A stretch of 32,000 nucleotides of DNA from Wolbachia endosymbiont strain TRS of Brugia malayi (GCF_000008385.1 NC_006833.1:990001-1022000); one strand, 5' to 3'. Positions 19,621-30,005 are shown, counted from the stretch's first letter. A program made the numbers and translations. The notes: generated from the letters alone by a model not told the origin.

Positions 19621-20658
19621 ATGTTTGATGAACATAATCCTTGGAACCTGGAAAAAAAAACGGTAGGGAATAAAACTCCTAATAATGAAGATATTTTAAG
19701 TAAAGCTATATCTGAGATAAGGTACTTTTTTATTGGTTTAACAAGAAATAGTGGCAAAAAGCCTTATTTCATCATTTTTATTATTTTGTTATTCTATGTC
19801 TGTACTGGTTTTTATATTGTCCATCCAAGTGAAGAAGGCATAGAGCTTACATTTGGTAAATATTCCAATACGGAAACACCTGGCTTGCGTTATCACTTCC
19901 CTTACCCTATCGGCAAGGTTTTTAAAGTGAACGTTAAGGAAGTAAATCGTGAAGAAATTGGGATAAGTAGCCCTTATGGGCGAGATACAGATCGCGGCGA
20001 AGGTGTGATGCTCACTGGAGATGAGAATATAGTTAACGTTAACTTTGAGGTCCAATGGCGCGTTAGGGACGCTAAGGATTATTTATTCAAAGTAAGGGAT
20101 TATAAACCTGGTTTTAGTGTTAAAAATGCTGCTGAGAGTGCTATGAGAGAAATAATAGGCAAAAACACGATCTCTTTTGCACTCGAAGGTCAAGGTAGAG
20201 CTGAAATTTCCAGAGACACTAGAATTTTATTGCAACAAATTCTTGACGGATATCAAATGGGCATAGAAATTTTATCTGTTCAAATGAAAAAAATCGACCC
20301 ACCAGAAAAAGTAATTAGCTCATTTAGAGATGTACAAAGTGCTCGTGCAGATAAAGAGCGTACTATAAATGAGGCATATGCTTACAGCAATGATATTATA
20401 CCTCGAGCAAAGGGTGAGGCAATAAAGATAAAACTAGATGCGGAAGCATATGAAAATGAGATAATAAATGAAGCAAAAGGTAATGCAAATCGCTTTTTAT
20501 CTCTTTATGAGGAATACAAGCAAAATCCTTCTCTCGTAAAAAACCGTATTTATCTTGAAACTATGGAAAATATCTTTAATAAAGTAGATAAAGTTGTTGT
20601 CACTGAAGATTTGAAAGGTATGTTTTCTTATTTACCTCTTACAAATTTGGGAAAATAA
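19621..20658 (+). CDS. hflK: FtsH protease modulator HflK
   Basis: 345 aa; MFDEHNPWN, TM, TFGKYSNTETPGLRYHFPYPIG, SPHB/band-7 domain; followed by hflC. Confidence 0.95.
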   Translation: MFDEHNPWNLEKKTVGNKTPNNEDILSKAISEIRYFFIGLTRNSGKKPYFIIFIILLFYVCTGFYIVHPSEEGIELTFGKYSNTETPGLRYHFPYPIGKVFKVNVKEVNREEIGISSPYGRDTDRGEGVMLTGDENIVNVNFEVQWRVRDAKDYLFKVRDYKPGFSVKNAAESAMREIIGKNTISFALEGQGRAEISRDTRILLQQILDGYQMGIEILSVQMKKIDPPEKVISSFRDVQSARADKERTINEAYAYSNDIIPRAKGEAIKIKLDAEAYENEIINEAKGNANRFLSLYEEYKQNPSLVKNRIYLETMENIFNKVDKVVVTEDLKGMFSYLPLTNLGK

Positions 20659-20660
20659 CC

Positions 20661-21533
20661 ATGAGCAGTAACATTAAAATTGCTTTTGTTTCTATATTTG
20701 CTATCTTGCTGATTGTTCTATCTAATTCAATATTTGTTGTGCAAGAAACAAAGCAAGCAATAGTTATACAACTGGGTAAAGTTGTAAGAGATATTAGAAA
20801 AAGCGGTTTATATTTCAAGTTACCACTTATAAATAACGTAGAATTTCTTGATAAGAGAGTTTTAGATTTAAGTCCTGACAAAACTCCAAGAGAAGTGATA
20901 ACTGCAGATCAAAAACGTGTCATAGTAGATGCTTATGCAAAATATAAAATAGTAGATCCTATCACTTTTTACCAAACTGTGGGAAATGAATCAGGGTTAG
21001 TCAGAAGATTATATCCAATCATGGAAGCTCATATAAGGGAAAATATAGGGAGGTTTTCATTAATTAGTTTATTAAATGAAAAAAGATCAGAAGTCATGCA
21101 ACTAATCCAGCGTGGAGTTTACTCTGAAGCTGGAAAATTTGGTATAGAAATAATAGATGTCAGGATTAAGAGAGCAGATTTACCAGAGGAAAATAGCTCT
21201 GCAATATTTCGGCGTATGCAAACTGAAAGAGAAAAAGAAGCAAAAGAAATTAGAGCAGAAGGAGAACAAGCAGGGCAGGAAATTAGATCAAAAGCTGATA
21301 AACTAAAAAGGGAAATTATTGCTAGTGCAGTAAGAGAAGCTTATGAAATAAGAGGTCGTGGTTATGCTGAAGCAACTAGAATTTATAACAGTGCATTTAA
21401 AGTTGATGAAGAGTTTTTTAACTTTTATCGCTCTATGAGAGCTTACAGTAAGTCATTTACTGAAAATAACACTAAATTTATACTTTCACTAAATAATAAT
21501 TTCTTAAATATTTTGAATAAGGGATGGAAATAG
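20661..21533 (+). CDS. hflC: protease modulator HflC
   Basis: 290 aa; TM, FVVQETKQAIVIQLGKVVRDIRKSGLYFKLPLINNVEFLDKRVL, AEGEQAGQEIRSKADK. Confidence 0.95.
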   Translation: MSSNIKIAFVSIFAILLIVLSNSIFVVQETKQAIVIQLGKVVRDIRKSGLYFKLPLINNVEFLDKRVLDLSPDKTPREVITADQKRVIVDAYAKYKIVDPITFYQTVGNESGLVRRLYPIMEAHIRENIGRFSLISLLNEKRSEVMQLIQRGVYSEAGKFGIEIIDVRIKRADLPEENSSAIFRRMQTEREKEAKEIRAEGEQAGQEIRSKADKLKREIIASAVREAYEIRGRGYAEATRIYNSAFKVDEEFFNFYRSMRAYSKSFTENNTKFILSLNNNFLNILNKGWK

Positions 21534-21536
21534 TTT

Positions 21537-23027
21537 ATGAAAAGTAAGGTTTTATCTATATTTGCATGTTTTCTGATTTCATTTTCTTCGTATGCTAATA
21601 TGTTTGATTGGGGTACAAGAAAGGTCTCAGACACTAATACCTATGTATGCAACTGTAATCAAGGGCTTGCTGACCTAGTGGAAGAACTTATTCCTGCAGT
21701 TGTAAACATCTCAAGTGAACAAATAATTAAGCAAGAAAATAACAATAGAACTAAAACCCCTTCTTTTGCACCAAGAAATAATTTCTTTGACGATTTTAGA
21801 GAGTTCTTTGAGCATTTTGATCAGTTTTTTACAGATAGGAACCCTAGTATCAACAGAGAAGTGGTATTACTTGGATCAGGATTCATTATAGATAAAAGTG
21901 GAACTATAGTAACCAATTATCACGTTATTAAAAACGCCCAAGACATCACAGTTACTATGAATGATAACACCTATTTCAAAGCAGAAGTTTTGGGTTACGA
22001 TGCAAGAACTGACCTCGCTGTGCTTAAGATCAAAGCTGACAAAGACCTTTCCTTTGTAACGTTTAGTAACTCCGATAAAGCAAGGGTTGGTGATACGGTT
22101 ATGGCAATAGGTAACCCATTTGGTTTAGGTGGTTCTGTAAGTACAGGAATTATATCTGCAAGGTCCAGGGACATTAGTATTGGCACCACGAGTGAGTTTA
22201 TTCAAACTGATGCTGCAATTAATAGAGGTAACTCTGGAGGTCCATTATTTGATTTAAATGGAAAAGTTATAGGTATTAACACTGCTATTTATTCCCCATC
22301 TGAGTCTGGCGGCAATGTGGGTATAGGCTTTGCTATACCATCTAATCTAGCTATATCCATTATTGATACATTAAAAAGTGGTAAAAAAATAAAACACGGT
22401 TGGCTTGGCGTACAAGTCCAGCCTATAACAAGAGAATTTGCTGAATCTTTAGGTTTAAAAGACGTAAAAGGTGCACTGGTTGCAAACATAGTGAAGGATA
22501 GTCCTGCAGAAAAAGGTGGTATTAAGGTAGGTGACATATTATTAGAATTTGATGGTAAAAAAATTGATAGAATGACACAACTACCTCAAATGGTTTCAAG
22601 GACTGAACCTGGGAAAAAAGTGCAAATTAAGTTATTGAGAAAAGGTAAAGAAGTTAATGTTAAAGTTGTTATCGAAGAATCTGTAAATGACAGCAAAGAT
22701 AGCAATACAGAAGAAAATAGATCAATATCTGACTATATAACTGGTTTAACTGTTTCAAATCTACCAAAAGAGCCAAAAGAAAGTAAAAATGACACGCCTA
22801 TAAAAGGTGTGATAGTTACCAATGTAGATAGTAATAGTAACGCTACACTGCGTGGTATCAAAAAAGGAGATATCATTATTCAACTAGATGGGGTTGATAT
22901 AGAAAATACTGAAAATTTTCAAAAACAAGTTGATTTAGCAATAAAGAAAAGCGGTAAAGATTCAATAATGTTGCTTATTTACCGCAATGGAAATCAGTTT
23001 TTTACTTCGATAAAGTTGAAGAAGTAA
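21537..23027 (+). CDS. degP: periplasmic serine protease, DegP/HtrA family
   Basis: 496 aa; signal peptide, TNYHV (His), DLAVLKI (Asp), GNSGGPLFDLNGKVIG (Ser), two PDZ domains. Confidence 0.95.
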   Translation: MKSKVLSIFACFLISFSSYANMFDWGTRKVSDTNTYVCNCNQGLADLVEELIPAVVNISSEQIIKQENNNRTKTPSFAPRNNFFDDFREFFEHFDQFFTDRNPSINREVVLLGSGFIIDKSGTIVTNYHVIKNAQDITVTMNDNTYFKAEVLGYDARTDLAVLKIKADKDLSFVTFSNSDKARVGDTVMAIGNPFGLGGSVSTGIISARSRDISIGTTSEFIQTDAAINRGNSGGPLFDLNGKVIGINTAIYSPSESGGNVGIGFAIPSNLAISIIDTLKSGKKIKHGWLGVQVQPITREFAESLGLKDVKGALVANIVKDSPAEKGGIKVGDILLEFDGKKIDRMTQLPQMVSRTEPGKKVQIKLLRKGKEVNVKVVIEESVNDSKDSNTEENRSISDYITGLTVSNLPKEPKESKNDTPIKGVIVTNVDSNSNATLRGIKKGDIIIQLDGVDIENTENFQKQVDLAIKKSGKDSIMLLIYRNGNQFFTSIKLKK

Positions 23028-23104
23028 TCTCATTACTAAGTCCATAAACGGATTTCAGTTTACCAGAATAGTGTCTTCCAAGTTATCCCCCACCACACAA
23101 AAAA

Positions 23105-23393
23105 TGCAAAAATTACTTGACATTACAAGCCCTGCCAATCCTCTTATCATAATGCTGGAGGTATTTAGTTATCTTTATCTGCGCAGATTGAATAGCAGGA
23201 GTATAATATGATTAGTGTCTTATTTTTCAATTTTTGCCTATGCGCACCCTATGTCTTCAACAACAGTCTAGGTTTTACTATACAAGTCGAAATGCGCTTA
23301 TAAAGCTTTAGACTTAAAAAATGTCGATACTGAAAATAGATAGTAGAGTTAGGGCTTCTTTTGCCTTTTTCTGAGTTGGTTAAAAATTTAACC
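23105..23393 (+). repeat. degenerate dispersed intergenic repeat, copy B
   Basis: TGCAAAAATTACTTGACATTAC...GGAGGTATTTAGTTATCTTTATCTGCGCAGATTGAAT...CTTATTTTTCAATTTTTGCCTATGCGCACCCTATGTCTTCAACAAC...GCGCTTATAAAGCTTTAGAC...GGGCTTCTTTTGCCTTTTTCTGAGTTGGT parallels copy A. Confidence 0.7.
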
Positions 23394-23957
23394 AACTTTT
23401 ATTATGAGACTTTTTACATATTTGAGCAAGAGGCTACTACTTGATATCATGCAAGTAGTTGAAACTGGGAAAGAATATCAGTAAACAAGAACGTTCAGTA
23501 GAATACCTAAACTTTTATAAAAGAAATTTCACTACCATTCAGCTAAAATTCAAGCATTTCAATGCTTTAGCTATTTTGAATAGAATTGAATTTATTAATA
23601 CAAATAACGAATTACTATTTGATCAGATTGATTGCAAAAAAAATAAGATTTTTAATAGGTTAACTATAATCTTAACTAGAGTTAACTTTTCATAGGTTGC
23701 GAGCAACAAAGCTAGCTGGAATCAAGAAATAAAAGACTGTATGCTAATGTTACACACTGGATGACAAGAGAGGATACGGAATGACAGGAAAAGGAGGCTA
23801 CTTGGATGACACCACACCCCCCTTCCATGGAAATTATCTCAAACCCCAATGTCCATATGGTTATGTCCAAAAGGGCCAGGATTTTACCTCCGACCCTGGT
23901 TAAGTGGTTATAGTGAAATAAGATATATTAAATAAATAAACCCAATAGCTTAAAGAA

Positions 23958-26102
23958 TTAAAATAGATTCTTAAAGAAAGCCTTAGCCCCACTTGTACTA
24001 ATAGAATCCAAATGTGAAGATGGTCGCTTATCTTTAGGTCCCTTGATAGGAGCACTCGGGTTTAAAGATGATAAATCAGTGTCAGTGCATTTACAATGGT
24101 ACGGCAAATTATTTCCTTTAGAAGGTGATATGTGATACTTGCCAGGTTCAAATGTAAGTTCTAGACCAAGCTTTTTTTTATCAATATCTTTACCTTCATT
24201 ATACAGTACAGAAGGATCATGTTCTCTATTATAACGCGACACATCAATTGTTTTACTTGGTATAATAGTTTTGCTTGATATGTTACTTGATGCAGAATCA
24301 CTGCTTGTAGTCGATAAACTACTTACTGATGAAGCGTACTGAAAAGAACCTCGAGGGAATTTACCCTCACCACTAGATTCCACAACGTCAATAACACTCG
24401 ACCATCGCAAGGAACTTATACCACTATCAATCGTACCACCTGTTTTATTTGTAGATTGTGGTGAACCTGATTTACAAGAAATAGCACTGTCCGTAGAAAT
24501 AACAGAAATGTTAGACTTATGTCTTTCTCTTATTTGCTCCTCCTGACTAGCAGCTTTACTTATTTTACTGTTAGTATCAGCAGTTGTTGTATGCCGTGGT
24601 AACAGAGGAGAAAGCTTTTTTATACCTGGTATTTTACTTAATAGTTCCCAAGGAGATCCACTACCAGCATTTACCTCAGCAGCACTTATAGACCGATCAC
24701 TACCTTCACCTGAATCTATAGTATTGTGTAGTAGCTCCTTTTCTTTTGGACTATATCTGGGAGACTTTAAGTGTGTTAGCGGCTGTTCATGAAGTGAGCA
24801 CCACTTTAATTCCAGTTGGTCACTCTGTTCAGGAGAAACATAGAATTCTGAATATAGTTTCTTTCTTTCATAAGACAAAGAAAGAATTGAGTATAGCTTC
24901 TCCCTACCTTTAGGAGAAAAGAGAGAGCCTAATATTTCTGTTTTTGATTTCTCATTATTATCAAGAGGTAAACTAAATATAAAACGCTGCAGAATGTATT
25001 CTTTTGCTTCATCATCAATCGTAAATGATCTTTTTAAAGGCTTATAAGGGATGGCTAATTCATGATCTTCATTGATTACGGAGTTTTCTATGATTTTATT
25101 TATTACACAGTGAGAAATCTCTGGGTTAGAAAAGTTTATACCACATACCCAACTGCTTCCATTTATTGTTAATGCTGCTTGAGTATCACCACTAATATCA
25201 TCAAACACAGCACCATTAAATGTCTCATTTAGAACTAAAGCTTCTTTACATGTTAATAACCTAGCTCCTTTACAACTTCGTATAACTGGTATAAGAATTG
25301 AGGCTTCTTTTCTACCTAGAGGAGAAGCACACATAAAACCAGCTATTATTATTCCCGTTGATTGATAAACAGACTCTATTATCATATCTTTAAATAACTT
25401 TACTTTATAGTTATCACTACTGCTAACTCCAAGGTACATCCCTACAAGCCATGCAGTATACCGTGTTATACTATCAACAAACTGAATATCATTAAAAATA
25501 TCTTTTATATATACATCATTGTCCTTCACTTTCAAAGGTTTCTGAGGAATATTCTCATATCTTTGCTCTATACCTGATAAAAATAAATTTACAAATTCCT
25601 CACATAACTTTGTATTAGGAAATTCACCCTGCCACAAATAACCTTCTTTGTTAGGTGCTTTAATAAACATAGTAGAAGCCGGCATATCTACTCGAACATC
25701 TTTTGCAAGTGAAGCAGCTAAATGAGACTTTAAATTAAAAATTACACCTGGATCAATAGGCGTTACAAACTCAAGCCTATTATTATCTTCATCTAAATAC
25801 CACTCTCCTTTACTAAGATCAAATGGAAAAGACTTTATATCAAAAATTAACTCAGCTGTATTTAATATTTCTTTATCATTACCTTTCTCAATATCGTAGA
25901 ATTCACATATTATCCTTCTTTTTATATCACTTAGGTATCTTCTACACTGATAATCATCCATACCTTTATCAAATGAAACTATAACACAGTCTTTCTTGTC
26001 TCTCCTTTGCACAGAAAAATTAGTGTCAATTATACGACGAGCATAATTATTTACATTAAAAGCACTAATCAGTGCACTTACTGTTTTTTTTATATTAGGC
26101 AT
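23958..26102 (-). CDS. hypothetical protein (~714 aa), no recognised domain, Ser/Thr-rich C-terminal third; candidate secreted effector
   Basis: Long open frame. The likely start is ATG at 26102 (MPNIKKTVSALISAF) with GGGGGG 3 nt upstream, not the track's GTG at 26210, which would overlap the adjacent 74-aa ORF. Confidence 0.8.
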   Translation of the reverse strand: MPNIKKTVSALISAFNVNNYARRIIDTNFSVQRRDKKDCVIVSFDKGMDDYQCRRYLSDIKRRIICEFYDIEKGNDKEILNTAELIFDIKSFPFDLSKGEWYLDEDNNRLEFVTPIDPGVIFNLKSHLAASLAKDVRVDMPASTMFIKAPNKEGYLWQGEFPNTKLCEEFVNLFLSGIEQRYENIPQKPLKVKDNDVYIKDIFNDIQFVDSITRYTAWLVGMYLGVSSSDNYKVKLFKDMIIESVYQSTGIIIAGFMCASPLGRKEASILIPVIRSCKGARLLTCKEALVLNETFNGAVFDDISGDTQAALTINGSSWVCGINFSNPEISHCVINKIIENSVINEDHELAIPYKPLKRSFTIDDEAKEYILQRFIFSLPLDNNEKSKTEILGSLFSPKGREKLYSILSLSYERKKLYSEFYVSPEQSDQLELKWCSLHEQPLTHLKSPRYSPKEKELLHNTIDSGEGSDRSISAAEVNAGSGSPWELLSKIPGIKKLSPLLPRHTTTADTNSKISKAASQEEQIRERHKSNISVISTDSAISCKSGSPQSTNKTGGTIDSGISSLRWSSVIDVVESSGEGKFPRGSFQYASSVSSLSTTSSDSASSNISSKTIIPSKTIDVSRYNREHDPSVLYNEGKDIDKKKLGLELTFEPGKYHISPSKGNNLPYHCKCTDTDLSSLNPSAPIKGPKDKRPSSHLDSISTSGAKAFFKNLF

Positions 26103-26130
26103 ATACCCCCCTATTTCTAAATTAGAATAA

Positions 26131-26355
26131 TTATCTTTTCTGACTGCTACTAGCTCCACTAGAGTAACACCCGCCCATAGAGCTACTAGGCTGATTAGAC
26201 TGGTGCTCACGTTCTCTTTCTTGTATTCTTCTTGCTACATCGCTATGATCATCATACCTTGCTCCTTTAACTCGTACTACTATTCCACCACCTTCACCTT
26301 TTTCATTCCTAAGTTTCCACTCTTCCATTCCTTTAAAACCTTTATCGCCATGCAT
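26131..26355 (-). CDS. small hypothetical protein (74 aa), Gly/Arg/Ser-rich
   Basis: MHGDKGFKGMEEWKLRNEKGEGGGIVVRVKGARYDDHSDVARRIQEREREHQSNQPSSSMGGCYSSGASSSQKR, directly preceded by AGGAGGTGAT (26356-26365). Confidence 0.65.
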   Translation of the reverse strand: MHGDKGFKGMEEWKLRNEKGEGGGIVVRVKGARYDDHSDVARRIQEREREHQSNQPSSSMGGCYSSGASSSQKR

Positions 26356-26503
26356 ATCACCTCCTAAATAAAAATATTATGTAATTAGTATATAATAAAT
26401 AAATCATCAGTGCAAACATTTTTTTATATTTTTTCAAAAATTTTTATTCGTCTTTCTTATATTCCTAGATTCTAACGTTACGCGCTGGAATGATACCCCC
26501 TTG

Positions 26504-27946
26504 CTATCTTGATTGTGCTTCTCCTTGTGCCCTTCCCATTGAGTTTACGTGATTATTAACTTTTACATCATTACACTCACTTGTTGGTTGGGCATTATTC
26601 ACAGAACTTTGTTGAGCTTCATATTCAGCATTACTCCAAGTACTAAAATCATATTCACTACCAACAACAGAACCTTTCATAGGTTGTCCTGAAGACCCTC
26701 TATTAGAAACAGATTTTGTAGCATGTTGAGTTGAAGCTTCCCCGTTAAAAACATATTCCTGAGCTAGTTGTTCTGGAGTCTCTCTACTAAAAACAGAACT
26801 TTGAGCAGGTCGCCTTGAAGTATTGTCGTTGGAAACAAATCCTCGATTAGATTGCCTTAAAGTTTTCTTACAAGTATTATTCTTACCTTGACCTTTCATT
26901 TCTTTCCAATCACTGTTATCTCTTTGAGTATCCTTCAGTTCCATTGAATTTGTTGCAGGCTGCCCTGAAGCAGTTGGACGTACAGCAATCAATTCTTCCA
27001 CTTGTTTATTTTCCTCCACTTTTGTCTCTTTTACCTCACAATTTTCCCTATTCACATCATGTTCAGGCCCATGAATCATCTTTTTTAGAGAATCCCGTAA
27101 AAGGTTCTGCTCTTCTGGCTTAAGTGGAGGAATAATTAGTCTATTTGACTGACCACGAGCTGGGATTAAGAAAAGAGATATTGGCAAGATTCGCAATTTC
27201 TCATCTTCACCTACTTTTATTCCTATTTCTTTACAAACCTCTACTTCTTTTTTCGACGACGTTTTTTCCGCCTTTTTGTCTTCTTCTTTAGCTGTCCCTG
27301 TTCCTTCCGCTGCAACCACTAGCTCAACTGCAAAGATCTCAGCAACCATTGCTACAATCCATCCAGCTACTGCCATTTGAAGTTTCAATTTGAGCTCACG
27401 CAGGGCTTCTAGCTTTCCCAGTACTGCTACTTCCTCTTCTTTGGAGAAACCACCACTTAGCAACTTTTCTTCTAATTCTTTTATCTCTTTATCGACCCTC
27501 TCATCAAAACTTAAATCGCAAGAAAAGACCTTCTCAACTAATTCCTTAAGCTTATCATGCAAAAATTTAATTATCGCAGCAAGCCAGTTTTTCTCCCTTT
27601 TTCCATTGATCATCTCGTAGGTTTTTGGGTCTAACTCTATTTCAAATTCACTTAATAAAGATTGAAAAAACTTCCCAAGTTCCGCCAATGTTTCTTCTAC
27701 TATACCACCATCTGTTGGATTATCATCACCCAGCATTACTGGAGTAAACATTCCTTGTATTTCACTGCTCGCTTCCTTCCCTAACCCTTCATATTCCTGC
27801 TTTTGCAGCTCAATCTTCTTAAAAAGCTCCTCGGTTACCCCTTTGAGTTCATTTACTTCCTGAGCCTTATTTAAATCTTCTGGACAGATTTTTCCTTGGA
27901 AAATTGAACTGTCGCTTGAATTATTGTTATTAGTGAAATCGTTCAT
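26504..27946 (-). CDS. hypothetical protein (~480 aa), coiled-coil-like N-terminal half, one hydrophobic segment, low-complexity polar tail
   Basis: Long open frame; LQMAVAGWIVAMVAEIFAVELVVAAEG hydrophobic stretch. Start uncertain: TTG 27970 (track), ATG 27967, or ATG 27946 (MNDFTNNNN) preceded by AGAAGAGA. Confidence 0.75.
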   Translation of the reverse strand: MNDFTNNNNSSDSSIFQGKICPEDLNKAQEVNELKGVTEELFKKIELQKQEYEGLGKEASSEIQGMFTPVMLGDDNPTDGGIVEETLAELGKFFQSLLSEFEIELDPKTYEMINGKREKNWLAAIIKFLHDKLKELVEKVFSCDLSFDERVDKEIKELEEKLLSGGFSKEEEVAVLGKLEALRELKLKLQMAVAGWIVAMVAEIFAVELVVAAEGTGTAKEEDKKAEKTSSKKEVEVCKEIGIKVGEDEKLRILPISLFLIPARGQSNRLIIPPLKPEEQNLLRDSLKKMIHGPEHDVNRENCEVKETKVEENKQVEELIAVRPTASGQPATNSMELKDTQRDNSDWKEMKGQGKNNTCKKTLRQSNRGFVSNDNTSRRPAQSSVFSRETPEQLAQEYVFNGEASTQHATKSVSNRGSSGQPMKGSVVGSEYDFSTWSNAEYEAQQSSVNNAQPTSECNDVKVNNHVNSMGRAQGEAQSR

Positions 27947-28067
27947 AATGTTAATCTCTTCTGCCATCAAACTTAATAATTTAATTTTATAGTACTAAAT
28001 ATTTAATGTGTATTAATCCTAAACGCATCAATAAAGTTACTTACTTTTTTAAATGATGCACATTATA

Positions 28068-30005
28068 TCACAGATTATTTATCCTTCCAATAATATTTTT
28101 GATTTTAGCTGCTTCTTCAAATTCTAAGTTCTTGGCATGTGCTAACATCTGTTTTCTTAAACTGCTTACAGTATCCTTGTTCATACCGATTGTTGTTACC
28201 TTCACCACCACTTTTTCTTTTAAAGTATTTGATATAGGTTTTATTATAGTCTTGGGTAAAACATTATGCAAGACACTATATTTCTTTTGTTTTTTTCTTC
28301 TCCTTTCAGTTTCTTTTAATGCACGATCCATGGAACCAGTGACTTTATCTGCATATAAAATTGCCCTGCTTTCAGCATTACGTGCAGCACGACCGATCGT
28401 TTGAATGAGTGAAGTCTCTGATCGCAAAAATCCTTCTTTATCAGCATCCAGAATTGCAACCAAACCACACTCTGGAATATCAAGACCCTCCCGCAGCAAG
28501 TTAACACCGATTAGAACATCAATTTCTTTCGATCTTAATTTGTATACAATGTCAATTCTCTCTAGCGCACTAATATCTGAATGCAAATAACTCACTTTCA
28601 TATTTAACTCGCTCATATGCTCAGCCAGCTTTTCTGCCATTTTTTTGGTCAATGTAGTAATTAGAACACAAAATCCTCTCTTTATTGTCACTTGCGCCTC
28701 GTGAACCACATCGTAAACTTGAGCCTCAGCTGGTTTCACAATGCAGATTGGATCTGTAATTCCTGTTGGACGAATAACTTGCTCTACGAACAAGTTATTC
28801 GTCCTTGCCAACTCATATTTTCCGGGAGTGGCTGAAATGTAAATAGTCTGCGGCCGCATTGACTCCCACTCCTTAAACTTTAACGGACGGTTATCGAAAG
28901 CAGAAGGAAGCCGGAAGCCGTGGTCGATCAATTTTTTTTTACGTGATTCATTACCATTATACATTGCACCAATCTGAGGAACAGTAACATGACTTTCATC
29001 AACAAACAAAATTACATCCTCAGGTAAATATTCAAACAATGTAGGCGGTGCATCTCCAGCTTCCATTCCATAGAGATAACGCGAATAATTTTCAATACCT
29101 TTACACGTTCCTGTTGCTACCATCATTTCGATATCAAAATTGGTACGCTGTTCAAGGCGTTGTGCTTCAACAATTTTGTTTTGCGAGTAGTAATAATCCA
29201 AGCGTTCATTCAGCTCTTCTCTAATTGGCTGAACCGCACGCAACAGAGTCTCACGTGATGTAATATGATAGCTATTGGGAAAAATGGTGATTTTATCTAT
29301 GCATTTGATAATATTACCCGTTATAGCATTAATTTCAGAGATCCCTTCTATCTCATTACCAATCAGCAATAAACGCCAAGCTTTGTCTTCATAATAGGCA
29401 GGAAATATATCGATAACATCGCCGCGCATTCTAAAATATCCTCTCTCAAATCTGATATCAGAGCGCTTATACTGGAGATTAGCTAAATCATTCAGGAAAT
29501 CATTAATACGAATTCTATCCCCAGTACTTAAAGTTATGGTCATACTGAGGTAGCTTTCAGGCGAACCAAGACCGTATATGCAGGAAACACTGGCAACTAC
29601 AATTGTATCCCTGCGCTCTAAAAGGGAGCAAACGGCAGAATAACGCAGCATATCAATTCTTTCATTGATTACAGAATCTTTTTCAATATAAGTGTCAGTT
29701 TGTGGCAAATAAGCTTCAGGCTGATAGTAATCATAATAAGAAATGAAGTATTCAACAGCATTATGGGGAAAAAAACCTTTCATTTCCTCATAAAGCTGAG
29801 CTGCTAAAGTTTTATTGTGAGCAATGATGAGAGCAGGTCTGTTTGTCCTTGCAATAACATTTGCCATAGTGAAAGTCTTCCCAGAACCAGTAACTCCAAG
29901 TAAAACCTGATCTCTTTTATTGTCATTTAGTCCTGCAACTAGACTATCTATTGCCTGCGGTTGATCTCCAGCTGGTTGAAAATGCGTAACTAGTTGAAAT
30001 TTCAT
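28068..30005 (-). CDS. uvrB: excinuclease ABC subunit B
   Basis: 645 aa; [72 protein letters not shown]-terminal UVR motif. Confidence 0.98.
   Translation of the reverse strand: MKFQLVTHFQPAGDQPQAIDSLVAGLNDNKRDQVLLGVTGSGKTFTMANVIARTNRPALIIAHNKTLAAQLYEEMKGFFPHNAVEYFISYYDYYQPEAYLPQTDTYIEKDSVINERIDMLRYSAVCSLLERRDTIVVASVSCIYGLGSPESYLSMTITLSTGDRIRINDFLNDLANLQYKRSDIRFERGYFRMRGDVIDIFPAYYEDKAWRLLLIGNEIEGISEINAITGNIIKCIDKITIFPNSYHITSRETLLRAVQPIREELNERLDYYYSQNKIVEAQRLEQRTNFDIEMMVATGTCKGIENYSRYLYGMEAGDAPPTLFEYLPEDVILFVDESHVTVPQIGAMYNGNESRKKKLIDHGFRLPSAFDNRPLKFKEWESMRPQTIYISATPGKYELARTNNLFVEQVIRPTGITDPICIVKPAEAQVYDVVHEAQVTIKRGFCVLITTLTKKMAEKLAEHMSELNMKVSYLHSDISALERIDIVYKLRSKEIDVLIGVNLLREGLDIPECGLVAILDADKEGFLRSETSLIQTIGRAARNAESRAILYADKVTGSMDRALKETERRRKKQKKYSVLHNVLPKTIIKPISNTLKEKVVVKVTTIGMNKDTVSSLRKQMLAHAKNLEFEEAAKIKNIIGRINNL

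Noticed and set aside
23459-23695. 78-aa plus-strand ORF
   Set aside because: No recognisable RBS or domain, Lys/Asn/Ile/Phe-rich composition expected by chance; may be a remnant but unsupported.
23700-23880. Short intergenic motifs GGATGACAAGAGAGGATACGGAATGACAGG and TTGGATGACACCACACCCCCCC
   Set aside because: Look like short interspersed intergenic sequence, but no second clear copy in this window, so no repeat or CRISPR call can be supported.
26103-26210. Extended N-terminus of the 23958 ORF from GTG at 26210
   Set aside because: Would overlap the 74-aa ORF by 80 nt; ATG at 26102 has a G-rich RBS-like sequence just upstream and is the simpler start.
23958-27970. cifA/cifB-like cytoplasmic incompatibility operon
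   Set aside because: Gene pair size and order superficially tempting, but I see no resemblance to remembered CifA sequence nor recognisable CifB nuclease or deubiquitinase motifs.
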